Numbered from the stretch's first letter, positions 8,934 to 18,286 are shown. The stretch is 32,000 nucleotides of DNA from Ferroglobus placidus DSM 10642 (GCF_000025505.1 NC_013849.1:30001-62000), one strand, 5' to 3'. Translations and numbers: made by a program. Notes: generated by a model not told the origin, from the letters alone.

Positions 8934-9622
8934 GCGAACACCTCCAGAAGCAGTGAGGCTGCTAAAGAGACTGCAATAATGTTTATGAGATTTCTCTCTC
9001 CAACAGATCTTTTTATCGCAGCTATAGCGGCTATCAAAATCCCAGCGAGCATGTAGCTGAGCCCTATTCTCGGGTGGATCGCTGAGCCTTCACTCGAAAC
9101 TATTCCGAGAATAATCGCAAAGAAAGTTGCGATGAGGATGGATGCGAAGCTGTAAGCTGCTGAATTTACTCCGCACATTCTCGCAAGTTCCTCATCCTCC
9201 TCTATAAATTTTAGTCTTATTCCGTGGGGGGAAATGTAGAAGGCTAACAAAAGCGAGTAAAAGGCGATAAAAACTTCTGGGAGAGCTTTAACTCCTTCGC
9301 TGACGACGTAGTAGTACCCTTTTTGCACGGTTATCCTCAAAATCTCCTCTATCGCAATCCCGTAGCCAAGGCTGACTATCGTAGCGTCCATGATTCCTCT
9401 GCAAATTCTCTCTTTGAGCAAAAAAAGGGGATAGGCTATTAGAAAGCTTAAGAGAAAAGCTAAGGGAATAGAAAGCTCTCTGGAAAAGTAAACGAGGTAT
9501 GCACCTATCGAGAAAGCAGAATACAAGGAGAGGTTCAGAAATTTCCCGATTCTGAAGTTAAAAGAAATTAGAGAAGCAAATACGGAGAAGATGAAAAAGT
9601 TTTCAAGGAAAGTTAAGGCCAT
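8930..9622 (-). CDS. livH: Branched-chain amino-acid type ABC permease (LivH-like)
   Basis: Polytopic; GYGIAIEEILR and EDEELARMCGVNSAAYSFASILIA motifs; adjacent to livM. Confidence 0.8.
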   Translation of the reverse strand: MALTFLENFFIFSVFASLISFNFRIGKFLNLSLYSAFSIGAYLVYFSRELSIPLAFLLSFLIAYPLFLLKERICRGIMDATIVSLGYGIAIEEILRITVQKGYYYVVSEGVKALPEVFIAFYSLLLAFYISPHGIRLKFIEEDEELARMCGVNSAAYSFASILIATFFAIILGIVSSEGSAIHPRIGLSYMLAGILIAAIAAIKRSVGERNLINIIAVSLAASLLLEVFA

Positions 9623-10776
9623 ATAACATCGGAGGTTTTGAACTCCTCTGGGTAAACGACTTCTATCTTTCCGTTAACGTACTCCCCTATGATTCCTTTG
9701 AGCTTTTCGCTGCCCCAGACTGCCTGGTGTTTGTCGTCGAACTTGTAAATACCGGCAGCTCCTTTAAACTCTCCTTCTTCGAGGCTCTTAACGAGGTCTT
9801 TGTTCTTCTCGTAGGCTTGAGCTACTATTAAAATGGCGTCGTAGGTAAGTAGAGCGGCGTAGTTGTTAGCCTCTTCGCCGAACTTCTCTTTATAGCTGGA
9901 GAAGTACGCTGCAGTTAGCTCGGTCTTTTTGGTGTTTTCCAAAGCGGCAGCTTGGAAGGCTATGTAATTCTGATCGAGCTGCTTCAACGTTTGTGGTAAC
10001 GCAAGAACTCCACCGACGGAGTAAACTATCCCTTTCCCTCCGCTGTTTCTGTACTCCTTCACGAACGTCACCGAAAGTGTTCCCGGATCTCCGAGGATGA
10101 GAACATCTCTCTCGCCAACAACCTTAGCTGCTTCCCTGGCTTTTTCCACCACATCTTTCGGGTCCACCGCCGGAGACTTGTAAAAGCTCACGCCTTTGTT
10201 TTCAACTCCACTCGCGTTAATCTTCTTCAGCATTCCGAGGTTGAATATCTTAAGCGGATCGAAACCGACGAAGTAGAAACCTTCCGCTCCCGAGATTTTT
10301 AAGAATTCTGAAGCGAGCTCTCCCCAGTAGCTCGTGTTGTAAGCGTTTCTGAAAACGTATTTATTACCTTCCTCAACCATCTTTTCGAGCTGCTCGGTTG
10401 AGGCTACGCTCGCCACATATACAGTTTTAGTCTCTCCAGCGACTTTTGCCGCTGCTATCGCTTCGGAGCTCGAATAAGCTCCAACAACAGCTACAACTCC
10501 CTTCTCAACGAGCTGCCTGAAAGCCGAATCAGCCCCTTCCGGAGAGGATTTCGTGTCTGCAAAAATCAGCTCTATCTCGTATTTCGAAAGCTTGAACTTT
10601 TCAGCGTGTTCTTTAGCAAGCAATGCAGCGTTTTTCATAGCCTTTCCGGCAGTTGCAAATTTGCCCGTTTCTGGGATTAATACACCAATTTTTAGAGTTT
10701 CCTTCTTTTCCGCACAACCGGGAAGAATAGTGGCAAGAGCAATAAGCATTATCAGCGTTAAAGCCTTCGCTCTCAT
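9613..10776 (-). CDS. livK: ABC transporter substrate-binding lipoprotein (LivK/Peripla_BP_6 type)
   Basis: Lipobox ATILPGCAEKK; IGVLIPETGKFATAGKAMKNAALLA...ELIFADTKSSPEGADSAFRQLVEKGVVAVVGAYSS. Confidence 0.85.
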   Translation of the reverse strand: MRAKALTLIMLIALATILPGCAEKKETLKIGVLIPETGKFATAGKAMKNAALLAKEHAEKFKLSKYEIELIFADTKSSPEGADSAFRQLVEKGVVAVVGAYSSSEAIAAAKVAGETKTVYVASVASTEQLEKMVEEGNKYVFRNAYNTSYWGELASEFLKISGAEGFYFVGFDPLKIFNLGMLKKINASGVENKGVSFYKSPAVDPKDVVEKAREAAKVVGERDVLILGDPGTLSVTFVKEYRNSGGKGIVYSVGGVLALPQTLKQLDQNYIAFQAAALENTKKTELTAAYFSSYKEKFGEEANNYAALLTYDAILIVAQAYEKNKDLVKSLEEGEFKGAAGIYKFDDKHQAVWGSEKLKGIIGEYVNGKIEVVYPEEFKTSDVIWP

Positions 10777-10814
10777 AGAAAGTGATAAATAGTGGTGTGT
10801 ATTTAACGCTTCCG

Positions 10815-11831
10815 ATGTTTAGAGTGGGAATTCAGCTTCCCCACTACCCCATAGAGCTCGTCGTTAAAGCTGGAATCTACGCAGACAAGGCAGGTTTTGA
10901 TAGCATATTCACTCCCGATCACCTTGTTGGAATTGGATTAAAGAATTTCTACGCCTACGAAGCTTTCAGCATTCTCGGATACTTGGCTGGAAAAACGAGG
11001 GCGACGCTCGGTGTTTGCGTGAGCGACGTTTTGAGGAGGAATCCGGCTGTTGTTGCTCAAGCGGCTTCGACAATAGCATCTATGAGCGGAAGGGAGTTCA
11101 TTCTCGGACTTGGGGCTGGAGAAGGAATGAATCTTTTACCCTTCGGAATAGAAACGAAATTTCTGGTTTCAAAGCTTGAAGAGGGAGTTAAAATTATAAG
11201 AGAACTCCTCAGCGGGAGAGTTGTGAGCTATGAGGGGAAATTTTTCAGAATGAAAGACGCTTTCGTTCCTCCTTCGGAAAACGTGAAGATATGGGTAGCT
11301 GGAAACTCGCCGAAAACAATGGAGATAACGGCAAAATACGCCGATGGCTGGATTCCAACTGCAACGATGGGGGAGAAGAGGTACGAAGAGAACCTGAAAA
11401 AGATTGTGAGGAAGCACAGGAAAGTCGAAGCCGGACTTTTCGCGTACACAGTTGTGGCGAAAAGCTACGATGAGGCGAGGGAGATGATAGAAATTCCGGG
11501 AAAGTTCATAGCTCTGCTATCACCTTTTAGAGGTGAGTTTTTAAAGAAGGTAGGAATAGACGAAAAAGATCTTCCTCCAAATATTTTGCACTTCACGTTC
11601 ACCAAAGAGAACGTTGAGAAGCTTTTAGAAGTTGCAAAACAAATTCCCTTCGAGCTTGTGGAGAGAAGGTACTTCTACGGCTCTCCAGAAGATGTTGCTG
11701 AGAGAATGGAGAAGTTCGTAAAGGCTGGAGTGGAACATTTCGTCTTAACTCCCCTCGTCAGGCACAACTACTACTTGGAGTGCGTTAGGCTCATAGCGGA
11801 GAAAGTCTTACCTCTTATAAGAGAAGATTAA
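10815..11831 (+). CDS. Mer-like/LLM-class F420-dependent oxidoreductase (5,10-methylenetetrahydromethanopterin reductase family)
   Basis: FRVGIQLPHYPIELVVKAGIYADKAGFDSIFTPDHLVG...GREFILGLGAGEGMNLLPFG...KIWVAGNSPKTMEITAKYADGW. Preferred ATG at 10815. May be a paralog rather than the canonical Mer. Confidence 0.8.
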   Translation: MFRVGIQLPHYPIELVVKAGIYADKAGFDSIFTPDHLVGIGLKNFYAYEAFSILGYLAGKTRATLGVCVSDVLRRNPAVVAQAASTIASMSGREFILGLGAGEGMNLLPFGIETKFLVSKLEEGVKIIRELLSGRVVSYEGKFFRMKDAFVPPSENVKIWVAGNSPKTMEITAKYADGWIPTATMGEKRYEENLKKIVRKHRKVEAGLFAYTVVAKSYDEAREMIEIPGKFIALLSPFRGEFLKKVGIDEKDLPPNILHFTFTKENVEKLLEVAKQIPFELVERRYFYGSPEDVAERMEKFVKAGVEHFVLTPLVRHNYYLECVRLIAEKVLPLIRED

Positions 11832-11858
11832 AATACTCTGAACGATAGCTCGAAACTA

Positions 11859-12752
11859 ATGGAGGAATCTCTGCTTGAAGTGGAAGTAGCTGGATTGAAG
11901 ATGAGGAATCCTCTTATCCTCGCAAGCGGCATTCTCGGAAGTTACGCTTCTTCCCTCAACAGAATTTCCGAGCACGCTGGGGCTGTAATTTCGAAAAGTG
12001 TTGGAGTAGAGGAGGTGGAGGGATACAAAAATCCCGTTGTTGTAAACTACTCCCACGGCATAATCAACGCCGTCGGCTTATCATCTCCGGGAGCCGTCAA
12101 GTTTGCGGAAGAACTGAAAGCTTACAAGGGAAGTGCTCCGCTGATAGTAAGCGTTTTCGGCTCTTCTCCCGAAGAATTCGCTAAAGTAACTTCTCATTTC
12201 CCCTTCGCTTCAGCTTTTGAGCTGAACCTCAGCTGTCCCCACTCGGAAAAGTACGGATTGACTGTAGGTTCAGACCCAGACCTCGTAAAGGAAATTGTAA
12301 AGAAGGTTAAGAAAGCCACGAACAAGCCTGTTTTTGCCAAAGTTTCAGCAAACGTAGATGTTGTCGAGGTAGGAAAAGCAGCTGAAGAGGGAGGAGCTGA
12401 CGGAATCGTTGCGATAAATACCGTGAAAGGAATGAGAATAGATATTTTTACGAAGAAGCCGATACTCAGCAACATCAGCGGAGGTGTGAGCGGATCGGCG
12501 ATAAAGCCAATAGCAATAAAATGCGTCTGGGATCTTTACGAAGAGCTCGAGATACCGATTATCGGGTCTGGAGGAGTTACGACGTGGAGAGACGTCGTGG
12601 AGTTCATGCTGGCTGGAGCCTCTGCCGTGGAAGTGGGAAGCGTCATGTACTATTCCCTGAGGGCGATTTACAGCTTAAAAGAGAGCCTGATAGCTTACGC
12701 GAGGATGGTAAACTGCAAGTTGGAGGAGTTAATAGGAGCCGCTCACGGCTAA
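11859..12752 (+). CDS. pyrD: Dihydroorotate dehydrogenase
   Basis: LKMRNPLILASGILGSYASSLNRI...YSHGIINAVGLSSPGA...FELNLSCPHSEKYGL...PVFAKVSANVDVVEVGKAAEEGGADGIVAINTV...SGGVSGSAIKPIA...PIIGSGGVTTWRDVVEFMLAGASAVEVGS. Confidence 0.93.
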   Translation: MEESLLEVEVAGLKMRNPLILASGILGSYASSLNRISEHAGAVISKSVGVEEVEGYKNPVVVNYSHGIINAVGLSSPGAVKFAEELKAYKGSAPLIVSVFGSSPEEFAKVTSHFPFASAFELNLSCPHSEKYGLTVGSDPDLVKEIVKKVKKATNKPVFAKVSANVDVVEVGKAAEEGGADGIVAINTVKGMRIDIFTKKPILSNISGGVSGSAIKPIAIKCVWDLYEELEIPIIGSGGVTTWRDVVEFMLAGASAVEVGSVMYYSLRAIYSLKESLIAYARMVNCKLEELIGAAHG

Positions 12753-13354
12753 TTTCCCGAAAAGTACTTTTCGAGAACCTTTTTCTGACCCCTCCTCAAA
12801 ATTTCGGATAAAGTCGAGGGAGCTATGTTTAGTTGCGAAGCGAGCTCTTCAAGCTTTATCTTCTTCGGGAAGTCGAAGTAACCTTTCTCTAAGGCTATTT
12901 TTAGAATCTCCTCTTCTCTGAGCGTCACTTTATCCTTCTCTCCAAATCTGCCCTTGTATACTATCTCAAATTCCACTCCCTCTTTTTCGAGTTCCCTTGA
13001 AAGCTTAATGAAGCTGTCCTCGTCGCAGATTATGTTCCAAGTAACGTTATCTTTTTCGAGGACGGCTGAGGAAATCAAGCAGCCAGATTTTAGTATCGTT
13101 AAAGCCACATGACACGTGTGACCTTTGAAGAGTATCTTCACCTCGTCTTTAGCAACCGGAGAGAAAACGCACGTGGCCGGCAACTCGCTCAGAATTTTTT
13201 CGACGTTTCTCGCTTTCAGATCTATGAGGCTTCTGAGCTCTTCGTTGAACGTGCTCACCTTCTCAACCTTCACGATCGCCTCGTCGAGAACTCTTCTGAC
13301 TATCGAAAGCTGGCAATCCGGAGGAGCGGGAGTTTTTATCTGAACTTCGATCAT
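12749..13354 (-). CDS. HTH_10 (bacterio-opsin activator-like) transcriptional regulator
   Basis: C-terminal LTLREEEILKIALEKGYFDFPKKIKLEELASQLNIAPSTLSEILRRGQKKVLEKYF, typical HTH_10. Confidence 0.85.
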   Translation of the reverse strand: MIEVQIKTPAPPDCQLSIVRRVLDEAIVKVEKVSTFNEELRSLIDLKARNVEKILSELPATCVFSPVAKDEVKILFKGHTCHVALTILKSGCLISSAVLEKDNVTWNIICDEDSFIKLSRELEKEGVEFEIVYKGRFGEKDKVTLREEEILKIALEKGYFDFPKKIKLEELASQLNIAPSTLSEILRRGQKKVLEKYFSGN

Positions 13355-13526
13355 CTAAGATAGCTTTTTAAAATGGCTTTAAAAATTGTTCGAACATTTA
13401 AAGCTCTCCGCGGTTCTTGCATTTTTACTTCTGTCACATCTTATCTGGATTTAGTACGACAACATCCAAACGAATTTGCCCCCGGTTTATCCGATTAATT
13501 AAATATAAATTCTACTACTGAGGAAA

Positions 13527-14056
13527 TTGCTGTTGTTTTCAGCAGCTCTTTATTTCCTGTCAATTTTGATTGGATACGTGGTTGTGCTCGAACAGGAGTT
13601 TAGTTCTTGGGTTCTCAACAATGATGATGGTAGTATTTTTGCATCAGAGGCATCTTTTCAGTCAATACTAAAGAACAATGTCTTCGTAATCTCTGCTCTG
13701 CTTTCGGGAGCGTTAACGTTCGGCGCACCAACTTTCTTGAGATTGAGCTGGAATGGGATAATACTTGGTGTGGCAGTAGTTGAAGCATACAATCTGGAAA
13801 GAATCTTGGCTCTGTTTCTGTACACATTTCCCCACGGCATCTTCGAAATCCCGCCATAATCATAGCCGGAGCAGCTGGCTTCAAAATACCCTACGAAATC
13901 ATCCGTTATTTAGCGGGTAGAAAAGAACAAATCCTAACAAAAGAAGACATAAAAGAATATTTTACCCTCGCCTTGATTTCAATAATCTTGATTGTAATAG
14001 CCGCATTTGTTGAAGCTTACATAACGCCAAGAGTGGTGGAACACTTTTTAAGGTGA
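13527..14056 (+). pseudogene. SpoIIM-family (stage II sporulation protein M-like) membrane protein, frameshifted
   Basis: Frame 1 from 13527 (TTG) reads ...FVISALLSGALTFGAPTFLRLSWNGIILGVAVVEAYNLERILALFLYTFPHGIFEIP. The sequence then continues in another frame (~13850-14056) as AIIIAGAAGFKIPYEIIRYLAGRKEQILTKEDIKEYFTLALISIILIVIAAFVEAYITPRVVEHFLR*. Confidence 0.75.
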
Positions 14057-14064
14057 ACGAATAA

Positions 14065-14333
14065 GGTAAGAATATTGAACAGTTAGTTAAGAAGCTGAGG
14101 TTCCCGGTGATTGTTGAAGTTGACGAGGATGGTTACTCCATAGTCAGCTGCCCCTCTTCAAAGGCTGTCACAGCTATGGAGAGACGATAGAGGAGGCTTT
14201 AGACAACATAAAAGAAGTTATTGAGATGCGCCTGGAAGAGGAGGGAATGGACGAGAGTTTGAGGTTCATTGGATACAGAGAGGTGGGAGTTCAATATGAA
14301 ATTACCGCTGATAAAAGCAAAAGAACTGCTTAA
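14065..14333 (+). pseudogene. HicB-like (UPF0150) antitoxin-type domain, frameshifted and lacking an obvious start
   Basis: Two frames join as ...LRFPVIVEVDEDGYSIVSCPSS/KGCHSYGETIEEALDNIKEVIEMRLEEEGMDESLRFIG. The frame change is near 14150-14162. Confidence 0.75.
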
Positions 14334-14406
14334 ATTACCCGATCGAGGAATTTGATAGAGCTATAAACAGAATAATAAAAAGAGTTTCAGAAAAATAAAT
14401 AAAAAG

Positions 14407-14700
14407 TCATTCTTGAGCAAGCTCTTTCGGTTTGTAGTGCTTTACGAGTTTGTCTAAAAACTCTTCGAAGTCGATTTTCTGGAGAATGCTCCAGTCGAAA
14501 GGCTTCGCTTCCCTCTCTTCCAAATAGAGGGAGTGAGTCGGACAGACGGCTATGCAGGAGCCGAAACCGTCGCAGAGACTTTCGTCCTTAAGCTTAGCTT
14601 TTCCGTCCTTTAGCTCCAGAGCTTTAGTTGGGCAGGATTCAACGCATCTCCCGCATCCTATGCAGGTTTCCTCGTTTATGGCAATTATCAGCCTCTTCAC
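14407..14700 (-). CDS. 2x[4Fe-4S] ferredoxin-domain protein
   Basis: CIGCGRCVESCPTKALELKDGKAKLKDESLCDGFGSCIAVCPTHSL. Confidence 0.92.
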   Translation of the reverse strand: MKRLIIAINEETCIGCGRCVESCPTKALELKDGKAKLKDESLCDGFGSCIAVCPTHSLYLEEREAKPFDWSILQKIDFEEFLDKLVKHYKPKELAQE

Positions 14701-14701
14701 T

Positions 14702-15121
14702 TCAGAACCCCCTGTGGGCTTTTCTCTCAGCTTCTATCATGCTTTCGTCAATAACTCCCGAGTACTCTTCAACCTTTCCGCTAACTCTTACTATGAACTT
14801 TTTCACTTTTCTATCTCCCTTCTCTCTCTCAACCATCATGTGCAGCGCATGACAGCACGGCACTTCCATCGTGTAAACCTCTACTTCATCGAAAACCCCT
14901 TCCTGCATGAGGAGCTTGATCTTCTCGTAAATCCTCTTGGGATCTTCGAGCATCGGACATCCAATCAGTATCGGCTCCTTTCCGAATTTTTCCGTGAGTT
15001 CTTTATCAACCAGCACAGCGCAATCAGCAGCGATCGTTATCTTGTCACTCTTTAAGAAATCTGCTCTCGGGTGCACCAGCATTATCTTTACCGGCCACTG
15101 TCTCATGAAAGAGACTGCTCC
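14702..15121 (-). CDS. Fe-S-associated protein, equivalent to the C-terminal domain of larger ferredoxin-like proteins
   Basis: RQWPVKIMLVHPRADFLKSDKITIAADCAVLVDKELTEKFGKEPILIGCPMLEDPKRIYEKI...VYTMEVPCCHALHMMVE. The supplied ORF starts at 15157; the start may be upstream of or at the internal MRQWPV Met, so the 5' coordinate is approximate. Confidence 0.65.
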   Translation of the reverse strand, partial: GAVSFMRQWPVKIMLVHPRADFLKSDKITIAADCAVLVDKELTEKFGKEPILIGCPMLEDPKRIYEKIKLLMQEGVFDEVEVYTMEVPCCHALHMMVEREKGDRKVKKFIVRVSGKVEEYSGVIDESMIEAERKAHRGF

Positions 15122-15192
15122 CTCTTTATAATTATCTGTTTTCCCGAACCCTTTCAATAGGTTTAAGTTCTGTTAAACGGGTTAGTTAAAGA

Positions 15193-16128
15193 ATGGTAAG
15201 TCTCGACGATATCGTTAAAGCTGTCAGGAATTACCCGGGAGTTGCGAGGAAGAAGTATGCCGGCTACTTCTCCAAGCTCGTTAAAGCCGAGTTTTACGGA
15301 GAGGATGCTGCATACATAAAATTCGGAGATAATTACGTAATTTTAGCCACGGACAGCATATGGCATAAGGTTATTGAGGCTGATCTTTACTGGGCGGGCT
15401 TCGTATCTATCTTGGTCAACGTTCACGATGTTTACGCGATGGGAGGTAAGCCTTTAGCAGCGTTAAACGTTGTTTCGGCGAGAAGTAAAGAGGAGATGGA
15501 GGAAATTGCGAGAGGAATAAGGGATGCCTGCGAAAAATTTGACGTGAAAATAGTGGGAGGGCACATACACCCGGATGCGAAATTACCTTCCATCGACGTG
15601 TCGATGATCGGTGTTGCTAAAAGCATACTCAGATCGGACACAGCTGAAACCGGAGATAAAATAGTTTTTGCTGCTGATTTGGAAGGGAAACCTCATCCAA
15701 AGCTTCCCTACAACTTCGACTCGACGAATAAGAGCAAAGAAGTATTGAAATATCAGTTCGAGTCGATGGTTGAGATCGCAGAAAGAAAGCTCGCTAACGC
15801 TGCAAAAGATGTTAGCAACGCCGGAATTCTCGGAACGATTGCGATGATGATGGAAGTTAGCGGGAAGGGCTGCGAAATTTTTGTCGACAGAATCTTCAAG
15901 CCTAAAAACGTTAGCTTCGTTCAATGGCTTCTCTCTTATCCAGCCTGCGCTTTCGTCGTGACGACGAAGAAAGAAAGAGAAGTTCTCGAAGTTTTTGAAA
16001 AGCACAATCTTGCAGCTGAAGTTATAGGAATCGTTACGGACGACAAAAAAGTGCTTCTCAAAAGCGGAAGAGAGGAGGCTGTACTCTTCGATTTAAATTC
16101 GGAGAGCGTTCTCGAAATTAAAGAATGA
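15193..16128 (+). CDS. AIR synthase-related protein, methanogenesis marker 2-like
   Basis: LDDIVKAVRNYPGVARKK...ILATDSIWHKVIEADLYWAGFVSILVNVHDVYAMGGKPLAALNVVS...GGHIHPDAKLPSIDVSMIGVA, the AIRS/SelD/HypE/ThiL fold pattern. Confidence 0.75.
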   Translation: MVSLDDIVKAVRNYPGVARKKYAGYFSKLVKAEFYGEDAAYIKFGDNYVILATDSIWHKVIEADLYWAGFVSILVNVHDVYAMGGKPLAALNVVSARSKEEMEEIARGIRDACEKFDVKIVGGHIHPDAKLPSIDVSMIGVAKSILRSDTAETGDKIVFAADLEGKPHPKLPYNFDSTNKSKEVLKYQFESMVEIAERKLANAAKDVSNAGILGTIAMMMEVSGKGCEIFVDRIFKPKNVSFVQWLLSYPACAFVVTTKKEREVLEVFEKHNLAAEVIGIVTDDKKVLLKSGREEAVLFDLNSESVLEIKE

Positions 16129-16825
16129 GCGAGAGGAGGTAAACCAGAATGTCCCCGACGAAAAATGCAACGATGTATCCGGCTGTCAAAAAGACGAGGA
16201 AGGGTAGAGCTGGAGTTGCCCAAACCTCTTCCTTCAATTTCCCGAGTTCTCTCAGCATTTTTTCGTCCGGCTCAACCCCCCTTCTAACCTTTCTGACCTT
16301 CCCGTTTTCGGCTATCTCAAGCAGGTTGTAAAATTTGGGGAAGTTTTCGACTCTTACCTTGGTTCCGATGAAGGAGTAAGGAATTTCCCCCTTGGATACG
16401 TTCCCTTTTATTAAATTCGAAAGGAACATGTAAATCGCTAAAAAAGGAGCAGCTATTACTGCATTAGCTAAAGTCGAGAATGCGAAGGAAAACCCTTTGA
16501 TCAGGAGCGGGAAGATTCCAACCTCCGGATATCGAGGAAAGGCGTAACTTAAAGCCATCAAAGCCTTCGCATCAGCTCCTCCATAGGCTCCGATTCTGTA
16601 GAGGAGGTAAGCTAAGGAAGATGCGAAAGCGATCTGGACTATAGCGAAGACGAAATCAAAAGTTGAGTAACTTAAAAATTCAACCAAGTTGAAAGGAGTA
16701 ACTGCTAAGAGCATAACCTTCCAGTATTTGTTTGGAACGATTCTTTCTTTCAAATCGAGCTGGGAAGCTTTTAGGAATATAGCCAAGCAGATGAGAAACT
16801 TAGCAACGTAAATTCCGTCTGTCAT
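16118..16825 (-). CDS. A24-family prepilin/preflagellin peptidase-like membrane protein
   Basis: QLDLKERIVPNKYW near the N-terminus (D-x-R-x-R-x-I-P-N-like) and IGAYGGADAKALMALSYAFP (G-x-x-D-like) motif; polytopic. Confidence 0.75.
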   Translation of the reverse strand: MTDGIYVAKFLICLAIFLKASQLDLKERIVPNKYWKVMLLAVTPFNLVEFLSYSTFDFVFAIVQIAFASSLAYLLYRIGAYGGADAKALMALSYAFPRYPEVGIFPLLIKGFSFAFSTLANAVIAAPFLAIYMFLSNLIKGNVSKGEIPYSFIGTKVRVENFPKFYNLLEIAENGKVRKVRRGVEPDEKMLRELGKLKEEVWATPALPFLVFLTAGYIVAFFVGDILVYLLSLIL

Positions 16826-17792
16826 ACATATCGATAAGGTCGGAAATCATGGCGCTTGCCGTTTCAAGTTTCCCGGCTCCCCTTCCTATCACGAATACTC
16901 TTCCAGCAGTTTCCGTTACAATTTCAGCGGCATTCAGCGTTCCGTAGATGTTCAGCGGATGATTCAGCGGAACAAGTCTCGGCGAGACTCTGAGAGAATC
17001 TCCAACCTCAGCAATTAGCCTAATCGTGTATCCTTTCTTCAAAGCCACTTCGAAAGCTTCTGGAGTGAGATCTTCTATCCCTTCGATATGCACATCCTCA
17101 AACCTCACATTCCTTTCAAGAAGAGCGTTTGCGATTATGACGAGCTTCGCCGCGGCATCTATCCCTTTTACGTCGTAACTCGGATCGGATTCAGCTATTC
17201 CAAGCTCTATAGCTTCGGAAAGGATTTGTTCGTAGGGCATTTTTTCAACTTCCATCCTCGAGAGAATGTAGTTGCAAGTTCCGTTTAGGATTCCCCTTAT
17301 TCTCAAAATCCCGCTTCCGGCTAAATCGTTTTTCACGAGCTTTATTAGGGGCATCGCTCCCCCTACCGTAGCTTCAAATCCGAGCTTACAAGAGTTCTTC
17401 TCGGCAAGTTTACAAAGTTCATTGTAAGCGACAACGAGCGGACCTTTGTTGGAAGTTATAACGTTTTTCCCCCTCTTTAACGCAGCTTTTATGTGAGTCA
17501 AACCCGGTTCTCCGCTTTCGACGTTCGTTGGTGTGCACTCGAAGAGGACATCGTACTCGACGTTTTCAATAATTTCCATGGCAGTTATATCTCCACTAAG
17601 CCTCCTTTTTTTCCTTTTCTCGTTCAAAGCTTTCTCTAAATCTACCTCTCCGACTACGGAGCTTTTAGAGTCTGCTACAGCCACAACTTTAAATTTTCCT
17701 ATTCTTCCCTCTATCTCGCTCCTTTTCCTCAAAAGGAGTTCAGCCACTCCTTGTCCTACGGTTCCAAAACCGATTATCGCAATTTTTATCAT
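16800..17792 (-). CDS. hom: Homoserine dehydrogenase
   Basis: IAIIGFGTVGQGVAELLL...VITSNKGPLVVAYNELCKLAEKNSCKLGFEATVGGAMPLIKLVKNDLAGSGILRIRGILNGTCNYILSRM...DPSYDVKGIDAAAKLVIIAN. Confidence 0.95.
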   Translation of the reverse strand: MIKIAIIGFGTVGQGVAELLLRKRSEIEGRIGKFKVVAVADSKSSVVGEVDLEKALNEKRKKRRLSGDITAMEIIENVEYDVLFECTPTNVESGEPGLTHIKAALKRGKNVITSNKGPLVVAYNELCKLAEKNSCKLGFEATVGGAMPLIKLVKNDLAGSGILRIRGILNGTCNYILSRMEVEKMPYEQILSEAIELGIAESDPSYDVKGIDAAAKLVIIANALLERNVRFEDVHIEGIEDLTPEAFEVALKKGYTIRLIAEVGDSLRVSPRLVPLNHPLNIYGTLNAAEIVTETAGRVFVIGRGAGKLETASAMISDLIDMYDRRNLRC

Positions 17793-18286
17793 GCTTCTTC
17801 GTTAAGCGGCTCCACGACCTTTATCTTTTTTTCTTCACAGACGTTTCTCAGAATTTTTAGCGCCTCCTCAAGTTTTTCCTTGCTGACGGCTGAAATGGTT
17901 AGCAAAGCTGTTGACGGCTTGTTGAGTTCTGGCATGCTTATGTCCATTTCCGTAACCTCTGCGAAACCCGTGGAATCTATTCTGTTTATCGTGTCGCTTA
18001 TGTCCGTGTGAATTATGTGCCCAACAAGAAGCACAGAGATCTTCTCGGTAAGCTTTATCTCGTTAACTTTTCTTATGGTAATCCCAGAGCTTTTTATCTC
18101 TTCCAGAAGCTTATCCGCTTTGTCCTCGGCTATCTCGAAGACGACATCTACGAGAACGCTCTTCTGCTGAACTTTTCTGTTGTGAACTATGCCTATTATG
18201 TTTCCTCCGTACTTCGCTATCGGCGTAAGGACCTTGAGGAGCTGTCCCGGCTTGTCTTCAAGCTCTACGACAAGGTTTATCTTCAT
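17789..18286 (-). CDS. ACT-domain regulatory protein
   Basis: [40 protein letters not shown] domain; overlaps both hom and ilvE. Confidence 0.88.
   Translation of the reverse strand: MKINLVVELEDKPGQLLKVLTPIAKYGGNIIGIVHNRKVQQKSVLVDVVFEIAEDKADKLLEEIKSSGITIRKVNEIKLTEKISVLLVGHIIHTDISDTINRIDSTGFAEVTEMDISMPELNKPSTALLTISAVSKEKLEEALKILRNVCEEKKIKVVEPLNEEA

Noticed and set aside
14552-15055. 167-aa plus-strand ORF antisense to the ferredoxin pair
   Set aside because: Antisense to clear Fe-S protein genes; composition typical of a complement frame.
15583-16005. 140-aa minus-strand ORF opposite the Mmp2-like gene
   Set aside because: Antisense artefact; the opposite strand has recognised AIR-synthase-like motifs.
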